Shown: piece after piece, positions 9,019-19,620 of the stretch | Layout of the letters: the number at the start of each line of letters is the position of its first letter | Position numbering within the stretch: the stretch's first letter is position 1 | Origin: Minisyncoccota bacterium | GTDB taxonomy: Bacteria > Patescibacteriota > Minisyncoccia > Phycocordibacterales > UBA9973 | Reading direction: 5' to 3' | NCBI GenBank assembly: GCA_041664465.1 | Contig: JBAYKP010000001.1 | Coordinates: forward strand, 68,204 to 132,203 | DNA: 64,000 nucleotides | Notes under the pieces: model-generated | What the model was told of the DNA's origin: nothing | What the model saw: the letters and a program-made list of their open reading frames with translations, nothing else | Database searches by the model: none | Program-made: the position numbers and the translations under genes

Positions 9019-10839
9019 TTACTTTTTGCCGGCTGCTGTCTTGGCCTTAGACCTATCTTGCTCTGTTAGAAGTTTCTTACGTAAACGTACATTTTTAGGA
9101 GTAATTTCTAGAAATTCATCATCAGCCATTATTTCTAATGCTCTTTCGATAGAAAGCCTATATGGAGGTTTGACGTTCACTGCTTCATCCGTTCCGCTTG
9201 AGCGCATATTGGAAAGTTGTTTACCTTTTGTCGGATTCACACTCATTTCATCGCCTTTTGTAACATTACCGATGACCATACCCTCATAGACTTCATCTCC
9301 GTGTTCTACATAAAGTATTCCTCTTTCTTGTAAAGTCCAAAGTGAAAATGCCGCAACTTTACCTGCTACCATTGAGGTCATTGATCCTACATCTCGCTTT
9401 TTTATTTCTCCTGCATAATCTTTAAAGCCGATAAATCTTGAAGCAATAAGTCCTTCACCTTTCGTATCTACGACGAACTGCCCTCTATACCCTAAGAGTC
9501 CACGTGTAGGAATTTCCATAAGCATTCTTACTATTCCTTCTTTCTCATGCATACTTGTGATAAGCCCACGACGAGCTGTAAGCTTCTCTATAACTGCTCC
9601 TGAGACATCACTTCGCACATCTACAGTCACCTCTTCATAAGGTTCAACTTTTCTACCATTTTCTTCTTTTATAATTACGTGAGGTTGAGAAACTTGGAGT
9701 TCATATCCTTCACGACGCATATTCTCAAGTAAGATTGCAATGTGAAGTTCACCTCGTCCGTAAACTAGGTAACCTTCTTGTTGTTCTTCTTGATCTGTTC
9801 CATCAAAATTAATTTTAAGTCCAACATTTATTTCAAGTTCTTTCTCAAGACGCTCTCTAATCTGACGACTTGTGACATACTTACCTTCACGTCCACAGAA
9901 TGGTGAATCATTCACTAAAAAGTTTAGAGAAATAGTAGGCTCATCAATAGCAATAGAAGGCAAGATTTCAGTCCCTGGATTATCACAAAGAGTCTCTCCT
10001 ATATATACGTCTGGAATTCCAGCAATAATAGCAATATCTCCAGATGAGATAGACTCAACTTCTTTTCTTTTAATCCCATCGAAAGTAAACATTTTTGAAA
10101 TACGGGCATTGCGTAATGTGCCATCTGTATTCTTCACTATAATAGTAGAGCCTGTCTTCATAGAACCAGTATAGATGCGAACAATAGCAAGACGCCCCAT
10201 GAAGTTGTCATAACCAAGGTTGAAAACTTGTGCTTGGAATGGAGCAGTATCATCAGTCGAAGCTTCCTTCACATCTGAGAGGATTAGATCAAGCAATGGA
10301 GTTAAGTCTTTGGAATCATCTCCTAGTTTTAAGAATGCTTTACCCTCTCTACCAATAGCATAAATAGTTTTGAAATCTATTTGCTCCTCTGTTGCTCCAA
10401 GCTCTAAGAATAATTCAAGAACTTCTTCGTGAACACGGTCAGGATTAGCAGCTTGTTTATCTATTTTATTTATGACAACGATTGGTTTTAATCCAAGCTC
10501 TAAAGACTTCTTAAGAACGAATCTAGTCTGAGGCATTGGACCTTCTTGTGCATCTACAAGGAGGAGCACGGAGTCAATAGCACGAAGAACGCGCTCAACT
10601 TCCGAGCCGAAATCCGCGTGACCTGGAGTATCTACGATGTTTATCTTTGTACCTTTATAATTTACCGAAGTATTCTTAGAATAAATAGTAATACCACGCT
10701 CAAGTTCAAGGGCATTTGAGTCCATAGTGACGCCTTCTTCTACCATCCCGCATTGCTTCATAAGTTGGTCTGTCAAAGTTGTTTTCCCATGATCCACGTG
10801 GGCGATTATAGCTATATTGCGGATTTCTGTTGTTTTCAT
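9019..10839 (-). CDS. typA: Translational GTPase TypA/BipA
   Basis: IAHVDHGKTT, DTPGHADFG, NKID, GRGELHIAILLENMRREG and KQLSNMRSSGTD. Confidence 0.97.
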   Translation of the reverse strand: MKTTEIRNIAIIAHVDHGKTTLTDQLMKQCGMVEEGVTMDSNALELERGITIYSKNTSVNYKGTKINIVDTPGHADFGSEVERVLRAIDSVLLLVDAQEGPMPQTRFVLKKSLELGLKPIVVINKIDKQAANPDRVHEEVLELFLELGATEEQIDFKTIYAIGREGKAFLKLGDDSKDLTPLLDLILSDVKEASTDDTAPFQAQVFNLGYDNFMGRLAIVRIYTGSMKTGSTIIVKNTDGTLRNARISKMFTFDGIKRKEVESISSGDIAIIAGIPDVYIGETLCDNPGTEILPSIAIDEPTISLNFLVNDSPFCGREGKYVTSRQIRERLEKELEINVGLKINFDGTDQEEQQEGYLVYGRGELHIAILLENMRREGYELQVSQPHVIIKEENGRKVEPYEEVTVDVRSDVSGAVIEKLTARRGLITSMHEKEGIVRMLMEIPTRGLLGYRGQFVVDTKGEGLIASRFIGFKDYAGEIKKRDVGSMTSMVAGKVAAFSLWTLQERGILYVEHGDEVYEGMVIGNVTKGDEMSVNPTKGKQLSNMRSSGTDEAVNVKPPYRLSIERALEIMADDEFLEITPKNVRLRKKLLTEQDRSKAKTAAGKK

Positions 10840-10920
10840 AAAATAAAATCGCCAAAAGGCGTTTAGATATATTAGCAATATATCATATATTTTCTAAAAT
10901 GTAAACAAAAAGTAAATTTA

Positions 10921-12066
10921 CTATAATAACTTCACTATATCGTGATAAGTTATGAATACCATTAAGATCATAAGTAATCCAAATCCTACCATATTTACCC
11001 AATTGGCTATTTGAGGTTTTATTCTTGAACCTTTAATTTTCTCAATCAATAAGAATAAGAGTCGCCCTCCATCAAGTGCTGGAAATGGCAATAAATTTAT
11101 AACGGCTAAGTTTACAGATATAAGTGCGGTAAATGAAAGCAAATAAATGAATCCAAATTTCGCTGCGTCACCGACTGCTCCCACTATTCCTATCGGACCT
11201 GTCACAGCCGACATATCGCCCTTACCTATAACTGCATTACTAATTAATTTATAGAATCCGACAGCCGTACCAACAGTCAAATCAGAAGTGAGCTTCAATC
11301 CTTCCCAAACTGCTTTATGGATTGGAAGTTTAAGAGTACCTATCGTATCCATAGAAATACCAATCATCACACTGTCGCCTGTCTTATTTATTTTTGGCGT
11401 AACTTTAATATCTATGGGTTCTTTGCCACGTACGAGCGAGACATTTATTTCTTGCCCATTATGATTTTTCACAAAAGTCTGGACACTTTCTGCTCCGAAA
11501 TTTGATGATGAAAGTTTCGTAGAATCTGTAGGTGTATCTAGTGAGAGTATCTTATCTCCTATTTTAATTCCACTAATTTCGGCCGGGGAATTAGCCAAGA
11601 CACTTGTAACAGTCAAAGCTTGATTCTCTACAAGAGCTCCTTTTGGTGCCATACCAACAGATGAAGGAAGTCCTGACATAAATCCGACAGAAAGCAAAAG
11701 CCACGCAACTAGGAAATTCATAACTACTCCGGCTACCAAAACAAGTGCTTGAATATATTTTGGCTTATAAGCCAAACTTCTACTTTCTGCCTCTACTTTT
11801 TCTGGTGTTTTATCTTTATCTAAAAATCCAACTTCTAGAAAGTCAGCTTCGTCGAGATTCTCTCCATAAATTTTCACATAGCCACCAAACGGCAAAGCAT
11901 TTAGATTGTAAGTCGTCTCACCTATTTTCTTCCCCCAAATTTTAGGTGGAAATCCAAAAGAGAATTCATCCACTCGTATCCCCGACTTCTTGGCAACAAT
12001 AAAGTGCCCAAATTCATGCGACACCACAAGAACTAATAAAATAACAATAAAAATTATAATTGACAT
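10921..12066 (-). CDS. rseP: RIP metalloprotease RseP (M50 plus PDZ)
   Basis: HEFGH, PFGGYVKI and NLLPFPALDGG. Confidence 0.93.
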   Translation of the reverse strand: MSIIIFIVILLVLVVSHEFGHFIVAKKSGIRVDEFSFGFPPKIWGKKIGETTYNLNALPFGGYVKIYGENLDEADFLEVGFLDKDKTPEKVEAESRSLAYKPKYIQALVLVAGVVMNFLVAWLLLSVGFMSGLPSSVGMAPKGALVENQALTVTSVLANSPAEISGIKIGDKILSLDTPTDSTKLSSSNFGAESVQTFVKNHNGQEINVSLVRGKEPIDIKVTPKINKTGDSVMIGISMDTIGTLKLPIHKAVWEGLKLTSDLTVGTAVGFYKLISNAVIGKGDMSAVTGPIGIVGAVGDAAKFGFIYLLSFTALISVNLAVINLLPFPALDGGRLLFLLIEKIKGSRIKPQIANWVNMVGFGLLMILMVFITYHDIVKLL

Positions 12067-12097
12067 GAGAGTATCATACCATATTTTAATATTTAGA

Positions 12098-12139
12098 TAA
12101 AATTAAAACTCCCGAAACATATCGGGAGTTTTAATTTTA
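12098..12139. terminator. Terminator hairpin after frr
   Basis: taaaattaaaactcccga-aacata-tcgggagttttaatttta. Confidence 0.75.
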
Positions 12140-12673
12140 GTTATTCATCAGGTCGGTTTCTTTTTTGGCGAAAATTGCTTCAAGGTTTTGGTTCGCTTCA
12201 TCTACGCACTTCTGTATATCATCTTTGGCTCTCTTGGCTTCGTCTTCTGGTAATTCGTTGGTTGTGTCTATTTCAGTTTGTCTTTCTTTTCTGACACTTA
12301 TGCGGGCATCTTCTAACTTCTCTTTCAAAATTTTCACAAGCTTTGATCGATTCTCTGTTGTAAGCATTGGGAAGATAGCGCGCACACCATCACTATCTGA
12401 CACGACTGAAAGTCCAAGGTTCGCAGCTTGGATAGCACTTTCTATTCCCTTAATCTGACTTTTGTCCCAAGGGGCTATTCTAAGAGTCTTTGAATCCTCT
12501 ATAGAGACACTTGCGACATTCTTAATCGGCATGTATGTGCCATAACTCTCGACATTTATAGAGTCCAGTATCATAGGAGTTGCTCTACCTGTATGAACAG
12601 ACCCATACTCTTTCCCTAGCCACTCTTCTACTGTTTTTAATTGTGTTTTAAAACTTGTTGTATTGTATGCCAT
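12137..12673 (-). CDS. frr: Ribosome recycling factor
   Basis: TGRATP, PWDKS, PMLTTENR and ARISVRKER. Confidence 0.95.
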   Translation of the reverse strand: MAYNTTSFKTQLKTVEEWLGKEYGSVHTGRATPMILDSINVESYGTYMPIKNVASVSIEDSKTLRIAPWDKSQIKGIESAIQAANLGLSVVSDSDGVRAIFPMLTTENRSKLVKILKEKLEDARISVRKERQTEIDTTNELPEDEAKRAKDDIQKCVDEANQNLEAIFAKKETDLMNN

Positions 12674-12682
12674 AATTTATTT

Positions 12683-12724
12683 TAATTCTTAATTCTTAAT
12701 TCTTAATTCTTAATTCTTAATTAC
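12683..12724. repeat. Heptamer tandem repeat (TAATTCT)x5 plus one imperfect copy
   Basis: Five perfect copies filling the spacer between the holB-like gene and frr. Confidence 0.9.
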
Positions 12725-12729
12725 TTTAA

Positions 12730-13431
12730 TTATATCACAAGAGCTATATGCTCCAAAATCATTTTGACCGATGCGCCGGGGATGCTTAGAAAACCTCGGC
12801 AATTTTTAAGTTCTTCTAGAATAAATTTCAAATCTTCATTATTCAGATCTTTCTTCCACTTTTCATACACTCTCCTCTCGATACCATTCACGAGCGAGAT
12901 AGCATAATACCGAAGCCCTCCACTATTCTCATTATCTTTAAATTCTTTTATTATTTCTGCCACTTTTTCGATTCTTTCTTTTGGATTCATTTTCACAAAC
13001 TCCCCACCTATTTTATTCTCAAAATTATTATCTCTTTTTAAATTCTTTATCAGATGCACTCGTGAAAGTATCGTCTCGGCAAGTAATGATGCATCAGGCA
13101 CAACAATGAAGAAGTGCGTATCGTCCATAGGCTCTTCTATTATTTTAAGCAGACTTTGCTCAGCTTCACGATTGATAAATTTGGCTCCAATAATGCAAAC
13201 TTTCTTCTTGCCATCTACCCCTTTATTCTTGTGCCAATCCTTAATATTGTGTCCATCTTCTATATTAAATGCATCATAGAGATTAAGCAATACATCTGGG
13301 CTTCTTTTATTTATATCACCTCGTTCTTCTAAATATATACGCAAAAGATAGACAATCTCTTCTGGATTACCCTCTACAACATAACTATGATACAAATTCT
13401 GTGGGAATAATTGACTAAAATCCATATACAC
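12730..13431 (-). CDS. holB: DNA polymerase III delta-prime-like clamp-loader subunit
   Basis: EAEQSLLKIIEEP and LAETILSR (degenerate SRC); lacks the zinc module. Confidence 0.7.
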   Translation of the reverse strand: MYMDFSQLFPQNLYHSYVVEGNPEEIVYLLRIYLEERGDINKRSPDVLLNLYDAFNIEDGHNIKDWHKNKGVDGKKKVCIIGAKFINREAEQSLLKIIEEPMDDTHFFIVVPDASLLAETILSRVHLIKNLKRDNNFENKIGGEFVKMNPKERIEKVAEIIKEFKDNENSGGLRYYAISLVNGIERRVYEKWKKDLNNEDLKFILEELKNCRGFLSIPGASVKMILEHIALVI

Positions 13432-14552
13432 TATTGTACCTCAAATGGGAAATATTCGGAAAGCTCGCCTGAATAATAGAATTCATAAGAAAGACCTCCG
13501 AAAGTATAATCTCTATCACTAATAGTAATAGTGGAGCCTCCAACTTCTGGATTCTCTTTTGGTATTGATTTATTGAACCCTAAATTGAATAAAGTAGCGA
13601 GAACTTCTGGACGATCGTTGATAAGGAAGCCTGCCGTCTCCCACTGATGCATTATTTCCTTTAAAAATACAGCCGTATACATATAAGAATAATAATGATT
13701 CTTATCATCTGCTAATCTATTCATCAATTCTGTATCAGGATTGGCATCTCCATAATTAAAAATATTTTCATAATTAGCCCCTAGATAAAATGGACTTTGG
13801 CTATCTTTCAAATTACTTTCAATAATTTTAGCCGTTTCAAATTTAACACCTGCTACTCCATAAGAAAATTTCGTACCATTACCGAGAACTTTCAATGGTT
13901 CAAAATATTTCTTGAATGATTCACGATTGGCCGTAAAGAATCTAAATTGCTCCGAGATAACAGTCGAGACTATGATTCTAGAAGGTACACCCGAGTCCTT
14001 ACTTGCTTGCAGTATCACATCTTTATCTTTCACCAAAGCATCTCTTAAGGTCATCCACTCAGGAGAAGACATCCAAGAGAAAATACTCTGAGCCGAAGGA
14101 TTGTCCCCTAAAGAAAATATATTCTGTCCAATGCTATCACAACTAGCCACTTTATCTTTTAAGAATGAATTATTATTCTCGGTGACAAGTAGAATTGCAT
14201 TTATCATTTTCTCGGCTACGATTTGCGACTTGGTTGTGATGTATGCATCTAGTATCCTCTCGCCATTCTCTGGCAAGATAGAAGTAATCGTCATAACTTT
14301 GCATTCTACTCTAGGGTCTAATTTGTTGAAATTGGTGGCTGTCGTAGTTTTTTTAAAAATTGGCAAAATCGCCTCCTTTTTACTGGCATTATTGAAAAAG
14401 GCATTACGAGAATCAATACTACCTTTCACATCTGTCAGGTGAAGTCGCATAGCTACAAAAACACCAGAAAAAACTATTCCCAAAAGAGCAAAGCCACACA
14501 CAATAACAATTAATATTATTTTTAATGTCTTTTTATTTTTTATAAATTTCAT
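13431..14552 (-). CDS. Membrane-anchored protein with a possible lysozyme/transglycosylase-like C-terminal domain
   Basis: N-terminal TM; ISEQ..SYGVAGVK..YTAVFL..ATLFNLG spacing resembles lysozyme-fold motifs. Confidence 0.4.
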   Translation of the reverse strand: MKFIKNKKTLKIILIVIVCGFALLGIVFSGVFVAMRLHLTDVKGSIDSRNAFFNNASKKEAILPIFKKTTTATNFNKLDPRVECKVMTITSILPENGERILDAYITTKSQIVAEKMINAILLVTENNNSFLKDKVASCDSIGQNIFSLGDNPSAQSIFSWMSSPEWMTLRDALVKDKDVILQASKDSGVPSRIIVSTVISEQFRFFTANRESFKKYFEPLKVLGNGTKFSYGVAGVKFETAKIIESNLKDSQSPFYLGANYENIFNYGDANPDTELMNRLADDKNHYYSYMYTAVFLKEIMHQWETAGFLINDRPEVLATLFNLGFNKSIPKENPEVGGSTITISDRDYTFGGLSYEFYYSGELSEYFPFEVQ

Positions 14553-14554
14553 TT

Positions 14555-15568
14555 TTATCTTTTACTTAAAATTGTTTTCTTGTAAGTTTCTAAATGGTTC
14601 AATGCTTCTCCTGTTCCTTTCACAACACAGAGAAGTGGATCCTCAGCTACTCTGGCTTTCACTCCTGTACGTCTATAAACAAGCTCAGATAAATTACGTA
14701 ATTGAGAAGACCCCCCTGTCATAATAATTCCATCATCAATAATATCGGCTGAAAGTTCAGGTGGAGTAAGGGATAGGACTTCCTTGATAGCTCCTATCAT
14801 TGTACGTAATTCTTTATCTATCGCTCGCACTATTTCATTGGTAGATATCTGAGCTGTGCGTGGAAGACCTTGGATAAAGTCTCGCCCTTTGATAGTAATA
14901 GTCAGTTCTTCTTCGAGTGGTATAGCGGCACCTATCTTTATCTTTATGGCTTCAGCAGTTCTATCACCAATAGCTAGGTTGAAAGTCTTCTTTATATAGT
15001 CTGCAATCGCGAGGTCTATCTTATCTCCAGCACATTTGACTGAAGTAGAAGCCACAATACCGCCAAGAGCAATCACTGCGACGTCAGTCGTACCTCCACC
15101 GATATCCATTATCATATGTCCTTTTGATTCGTGTATCGGTATACCTGCTCCGATAGCTGCCAAGATAGGCTCCTTCACAACGTAAGCATTTGAAGCTCCT
15201 GCTTTCACTGCTGCTTCTACTACCGCACGACGCTCTGTAGAAGTAATACCGGCAGGGACCGAGACCATCACATCTGGTTTGAATAAATTATATTTGCCTA
15301 AAGTTTTAGTTATGAAATAACGAAGCATTGCTTCGGTTACTCTATAGTCAGCTATCACGCCATCTTTCATTGGACGATAGACAATGATACTTTCAGGAGT
15401 CTTGCCTATCATTTCTTTGGCCTCAATACCTATAGCCAGAATTGTATTGTCTTGCTCAGAGACAGCGACAACAGAAGGCTCATTCAGGACGACACCCTTC
15501 CCAGGCAAATACACGAGAGTGTTCGCAGTCCCTAAATCAATCCCTAATTTTTTAGAAAATATAGCCAT
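14555..15568 (-). CDS. mreB: Rod shape-determining protein MreB
   Basis: GIDLGTANT, EPSVVA, DIGGGTTDVAVI and PPELSADI. Confidence 0.96.
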   Translation of the reverse strand: MAIFSKKLGIDLGTANTLVYLPGKGVVLNEPSVVAVSEQDNTILAIGIEAKEMIGKTPESIIVYRPMKDGVIADYRVTEAMLRYFITKTLGKYNLFKPDVMVSVPAGITSTERRAVVEAAVKAGASNAYVVKEPILAAIGAGIPIHESKGHMIMDIGGGTTDVAVIALGGIVASTSVKCAGDKIDLAIADYIKKTFNLAIGDRTAEAIKIKIGAAIPLEEELTITIKGRDFIQGLPRTAQISTNEIVRAIDKELRTMIGAIKEVLSLTPPELSADIIDDGIIMTGGSSQLRNLSELVYRRTGVKARVAEDPLLCVVKGTGEALNHLETYKKTILSKR

Positions 15569-15642
15569 ATGTTTATTAGTAATAGCACTATAACATAAAA
15601 ACACAATGTTTAAAATATATGAATTTATGCTAACATATTAGT

Positions 15643-17640
15643 ATGTATATAGTCACAGTCATTCCAATACAAAAAGGATTCCAAAAGGAAAACCTCTCTT
15701 ACTTTTCGCCACAAGATATTCCGCTTGGAAGTATCGTCTCTATCCCTATCAAATCTAAAACCGTAGATGCAATTGTAATAAACGTAGAAGACGCTCGTAA
15801 TTTAAAATTTGACTTAAAAAAGGCTGATTTTCAATTAAAAAAGATAATCGGGGTGAAAGGTCATTCCCCTTTCTCGTCTGCCTTTTTTAGTGCTTGTGAA
15901 AAAATGAAAGATTATACAGTGAGCAATACTGGTACTATTATTAAAGCGCTTCTTCCTAGTGCTTTTTTAGAAAATTTAACCGCCTTATCGGCGGTCCGCC
16001 GAAAAGGCGGAAAGGAAGACTCCATAGAAATAAGTCCAGAAGAAAATATTAATGAAAAAATAGAACTAAAAAATATCAAACAAGAAAAATTAATATTCCA
16101 AGCTCTGACACCTGATCGTATGAGCTGGTATAGGACACTCATAAGAGAAGCCTTTGCTAAGAAAGAATCCGTCTTCATCTGCGTCCCGACTCATTATGAT
16201 ACAGAACAATTCAAGAACGAGCTCACGAAAGGTATTAGCCAATACGTCTTCTCTTTCCATGGAGATTTAAATAAGAAAACTCTCATTAGTAGCTACAACT
16301 CTTGCATCAATGAACCTCATCCGATACTTATCATCGGAACTGGAATGTTCTTGTCAATCCCGAGAGACGATATTAAAACTATCATCATAGAACATGAGAA
16401 TTCCGACGCTTACAAACAATATGCTAGACCTTTCATTGATATCAGAACTTTTGCTGAAATACTTTCTTCTATAAATAAAGTTAAACTAATTTTCGGTGAT
16501 ACGCTTCTCCGCCCAGATACACTTTATAGGCACGATGAAGGCGAGCTTGGCGAAGTCGCCTCTCCCTTATTTCGTTTACCACAAGCTGAAAGGCAAATGG
16601 TCGTAGATATGAAGGAAGAAATAGATGAAAAAGGTTCAAAGACTTTCACTGTCTTATCAGAGACAACAAAAAAGATGATCTCTTACGCAATAGAACACAA
16701 TGAATCTGTATTATTGTTTACTATACGTAAAGGACTTGCTGGGGTGACAGTCTGCCACGATTGTGGGAATACACTTCTCTGCCCTAATTGCTCTACCCCC
16801 GTAGTCTTGTATGGATCCAAGCAACGTAATGCTACGAAGATAGTAAATTCGCGTATATTTATGTGCAACAAATGCGGACACAAAGAAAATACCGAAGTAA
16901 GATGTGCTATTTGTTCTAGTTGGAATCTTACCCCGCTTGGTATTGGTACTGACAGAGTATATGAAGAGGTTTCGAAACTTTATCCAAATACAAAAATAAT
17001 CCAGATGGATAAAGAGACAATTGGTACAGATAAAGAAGCTAAAGAAGCAATAACCTTATTCTATAAAAATCCTGGAAGCATTCTCATAGGAACTGAGATG
17101 GTTTTCTCTTATTTAAATACGGGGGTTATACATAGTGCTATCATTTCGCTCGATGGACTTCTCTCTATTCCAAGTTTCAATATTACACAAAAGATTCTAC
17201 ACATAATGGAAAAGCTCCATGAGATAACGAAACGTAATCTCGTAATCCAGACTCGTATCCCAGAGAATGGAATCTTGGAGCATATTCTAAATGGCAATGT
17301 CCTACCCCTCTATCGCGAAGATTTGAAAGAAAGGAAACAGTTTGGCTATCCACCATTTAAACGACTTATAAAAATAACTTTCGCAGGATCTGCCACAGAT
17401 ACAGAGAAAGCCCGCTCTTTCATAGATAGATATCTAGGAGGATATGAGCCACAGATATTCAGTGCCTTTATAGGGAAAGTGAAAGGTGAATACATTACCA
17501 ATACAATCATCAAGATAGATCCTACTCTCTGGCCATTACCGATAGATGACAAGAATACTTTAAGCACACACCTCTCGGAGAATCTCCATCATCTCTCCCC
17601 ATCATTCTCTATAAACGTAGACCCCGAAGATTTGCTATAA
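15643..17640 (+). CDS. priA: Primosomal protein N' (PriA-like) with degenerate helicase motifs
   Basis: CHDCG..CPNC..CNKCG..CAIC zinc region, GIGTDRV, IQTR and GYPPF; no GxTGSGKT. Confidence 0.8.
   Translation: MYIVTVIPIQKGFQKENLSYFSPQDIPLGSIVSIPIKSKTVDAIVINVEDARNLKFDLKKADFQLKKIIGVKGHSPFSSAFFSACEKMKDYTVSNTGTIIKALLPSAFLENLTALSAVRRKGGKEDSIEISPEENINEKIELKNIKQEKLIFQALTPDRMSWYRTLIREAFAKKESVFICVPTHYDTEQFKNELTKGISQYVFSFHGDLNKKTLISSYNSCINEPHPILIIGTGMFLSIPRDDIKTIIIEHENSDAYKQYARPFIDIRTFAEILSSINKVKLIFGDTLLRPDTLYRHDEGELGEVASPLFRLPQAERQMVVDMKEEIDEKGSKTFTVLSETTKKMISYAIEHNESVLLFTIRKGLAGVTVCHDCGNTLLCPNCSTPVVLYGSKQRNATKIVNSRIFMCNKCGHKENTEVRCAICSSWNLTPLGIGTDRVYEEVSKLYPNTKIIQMDKETIGTDKEAKEAITLFYKNPGSILIGTEMVFSYLNTGVIHSAIISLDGLLSIPSFNITQKILHIMEKLHEITKRNLVIQTRIPENGILEHILNGNVLPLYREDLKERKQFGYPPFKRLIKITFAGSATDTEKARSFIDRYLGGYEPQIFSAFIGKVKGEYITNTIIKIDPTLWPLPIDDKNTLSTHLSENLHHLSPSFSINVDPEDLL
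15980..16010. repeat. GC-rich palindrome inside priA
   Basis: ccgcctt-a-tcggcgg-t-ccgccga-a-aaggcgg, read in frame as TALSAVRRKGG. Confidence 0.8.
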
Positions 17641-17671
17641 ATAAAAACATATGCTAATATAAACCCCATAT

Positions 17672-17920
17672 ATGATTACAGTAATTGAGGTAAAAAAGAA
17701 TACAAACGAGAACAATATGAATCTAATTCGTAGATTTAGTCGTAAGGTTTTAGAATCTGGAATTATTCAAAAAGTTAAAAGTAAGCGTTACAACGAGAGA
17801 GCTCCCTCAAAAGTCAAAGTAAAGATAGCAACCTTAAAGAAAATCAATCGCCGAAAGACTCTTCTCAAATTACAAAAGCTCGGTAAGGCTCCTATACAGA
17901 CCAAGCGTGGACATCGTTAA
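17672..17920 (+). CDS. rpsU: 30S ribosomal protein bS21-like
   Basis: Small and basic; EVKK..EN..NLIRRFSRKV..SGII..RY. Confidence 0.7.
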   Translation: MITVIEVKKNTNENNMNLIRRFSRKVLESGIIQKVKSKRYNERAPSKVKVKIATLKKINRRKTLLKLQKLGKAPIQTKRGHR

Positions 17921-17932
17921 TAAATATAAATT

Positions 17933-18325
17933 ATGAGTATGATAGAGAAAGAATTTTCCACTATTGTAAATCTTACAAAAGGCAAGCTACCACGCTTGCC
18001 TTTTGTCTTTATTAAAAATGCTATCCTAGGTAAAAAATATGATCTAGAAGTAGTGTTCTTGACATCCAAAAAACAGAAAGAGATAAATAAAATCTACAGA
18101 AACATAGATAAAACAACCAATATTTTATCTTTCCCTTTGACAAAGACTTCGGGGCAAATAACATTTGATTTATCAAAAGTTAAGAAAGATGCTCCACTTT
18201 TTGATATGATTTACCCCAAATTTCTTAAATATCTGTTTATACACGGGGCTTTGCATTTGAAAGGATACGATCATAGTGCTATAATGGAAAGACAAGAAAA
18301 GAAATTTCTAAAAATGTTTTCTTAG
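17933..18325 (+). CDS. ybeY: rRNA maturation RNase YbeY
   Basis: NKIYR..DKTTNILSF and HGALHLKGYDH. Confidence 0.9.
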   Translation: MSMIEKEFSTIVNLTKGKLPRLPFVFIKNAILGKKYDLEVVFLTSKKQKEINKIYRNIDKTTNILSFPLTKTSGQITFDLSKVKKDAPLFDMIYPKFLKYLFIHGALHLKGYDHSAIMERQEKKFLKMFS

Positions 18326-18331
18326 CTTTTT

Positions 18332-19507
18332 ATGGCAATTAAAAATAATATAAATGTTGGTATAGATATAGGGACTCACACTATTAAGGTAGTAGTCGTG
18401 GGTTATGACAAGGAAACGAAAGCTCCCTCTTTATTGGCGACTGGCTCGGCCGAAACGACAGGGATGAGATTGGGCTATATCACAAACATAGACCAAGTAG
18501 CCGACGCACTCAAGAAAGCAGTCAAGCAAGCGGAAACGTCACTTGGTTTCAAGATTCGTAAAGCTTGCATTTCTATAAGTGGCATAAGTCTAAGCTCTTC
18601 TATCTCTACAGGCTCCGTTATCATTTCTCGTGCTGATCAAGAGATAACCGAGCTAGATATCTCTAAAGCATTAGCAATGAGCGAAGAGAATCTAGAAATT
18701 TTAAATAAGAAAATCATACACATCATCCCAGTTGAATACAAACTTGACGGTAAAATTATCCACGGACGACCAGAAGGAATGCATGGCATTAAGCTTGAAG
18801 TGAAAACTCTATTCGTTACTTGCTTGAAACAAAACATAGATGATCTCATCACTGTATTAGGGCTCGCCAACATAGAAGCCATAGATGTACTAGCCACGCC
18901 CGTCGCATTATCTGGAATATTACTCAATACCAAGCAGAAGACAGCTGGGTGCGCGCTTATAGATATTGGAGCTGAAACTGTCTCCTTATCAGTCTTTGAA
19001 AATAATCTGCTTATATCTCTGCAAGTCTATTCTCTCGGCAGTATGGATATTACCAAAGACGTCGCTCTCGGTTTCAAAATAGGATTAGATGAAGCCGAAA
19101 GTGTAAAGCTAGGAAGTGTCCTCGGCGGAGATTATCCAAAGAAAAAAGTTGATGAAATTATCGAAGCAAGACTAGGTGACATATTTGAATTAGTCGAGAA
19201 TCATTTGAAAAGAATCAAACGCAACGAACTTCTTCCAGCTGGAGTAATCATCACAGGTGGAGGAGCCAACATTCTCCGTATCGAAGAAATTGCTCGTAAA
19301 CAATTAAACCTTCCGGCCAAAGTAGGACCAGCCGATGGGACTATCAATAATAAATTAAAAATAAAAGATCCGACTTGGTATGGAGCCTTCGGACTTGCAT
19401 TATATTCTCCACAAATAATAAATCACAGCATAGAAAATTCTATCGGAGATAGTATGAGGCAAGCCAAAGGATTTTTCAAATCAATTTTCTCGCAACTTTT
19501 ACCTTAA
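18332..19507 (+). CDS. ftsA: Cell division protein FtsA
   Basis: GIDIGT, DIGAETV and GVIITGGGA; directly upstream of ftsZ. Confidence 0.93.
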   Translation: MAIKNNINVGIDIGTHTIKVVVVGYDKETKAPSLLATGSAETTGMRLGYITNIDQVADALKKAVKQAETSLGFKIRKACISISGISLSSSISTGSVIISRADQEITELDISKALAMSEENLEILNKKIIHIIPVEYKLDGKIIHGRPEGMHGIKLEVKTLFVTCLKQNIDDLITVLGLANIEAIDVLATPVALSGILLNTKQKTAGCALIDIGAETVSLSVFENNLLISLQVYSLGSMDITKDVALGFKIGLDEAESVKLGSVLGGDYPKKKVDEIIEARLGDIFELVENHLKRIKRNELLPAGVIITGGGANILRIEEIARKQLNLPAKVGPADGTINNKLKIKDPTWYGAFGLALYSPQIINHSIENSIGDSMRQAKGFFKSIFSQLLP

Positions 19508-19620
19508 TATATTTAAATTAGGAAACAAATGAGACATTGCGTCAAATGTTCCCTTTTTATAAATATCTGGTATTATATACACAGTAAAAATTATTATTAA
19601 TTATAATGCTATAAAATATT

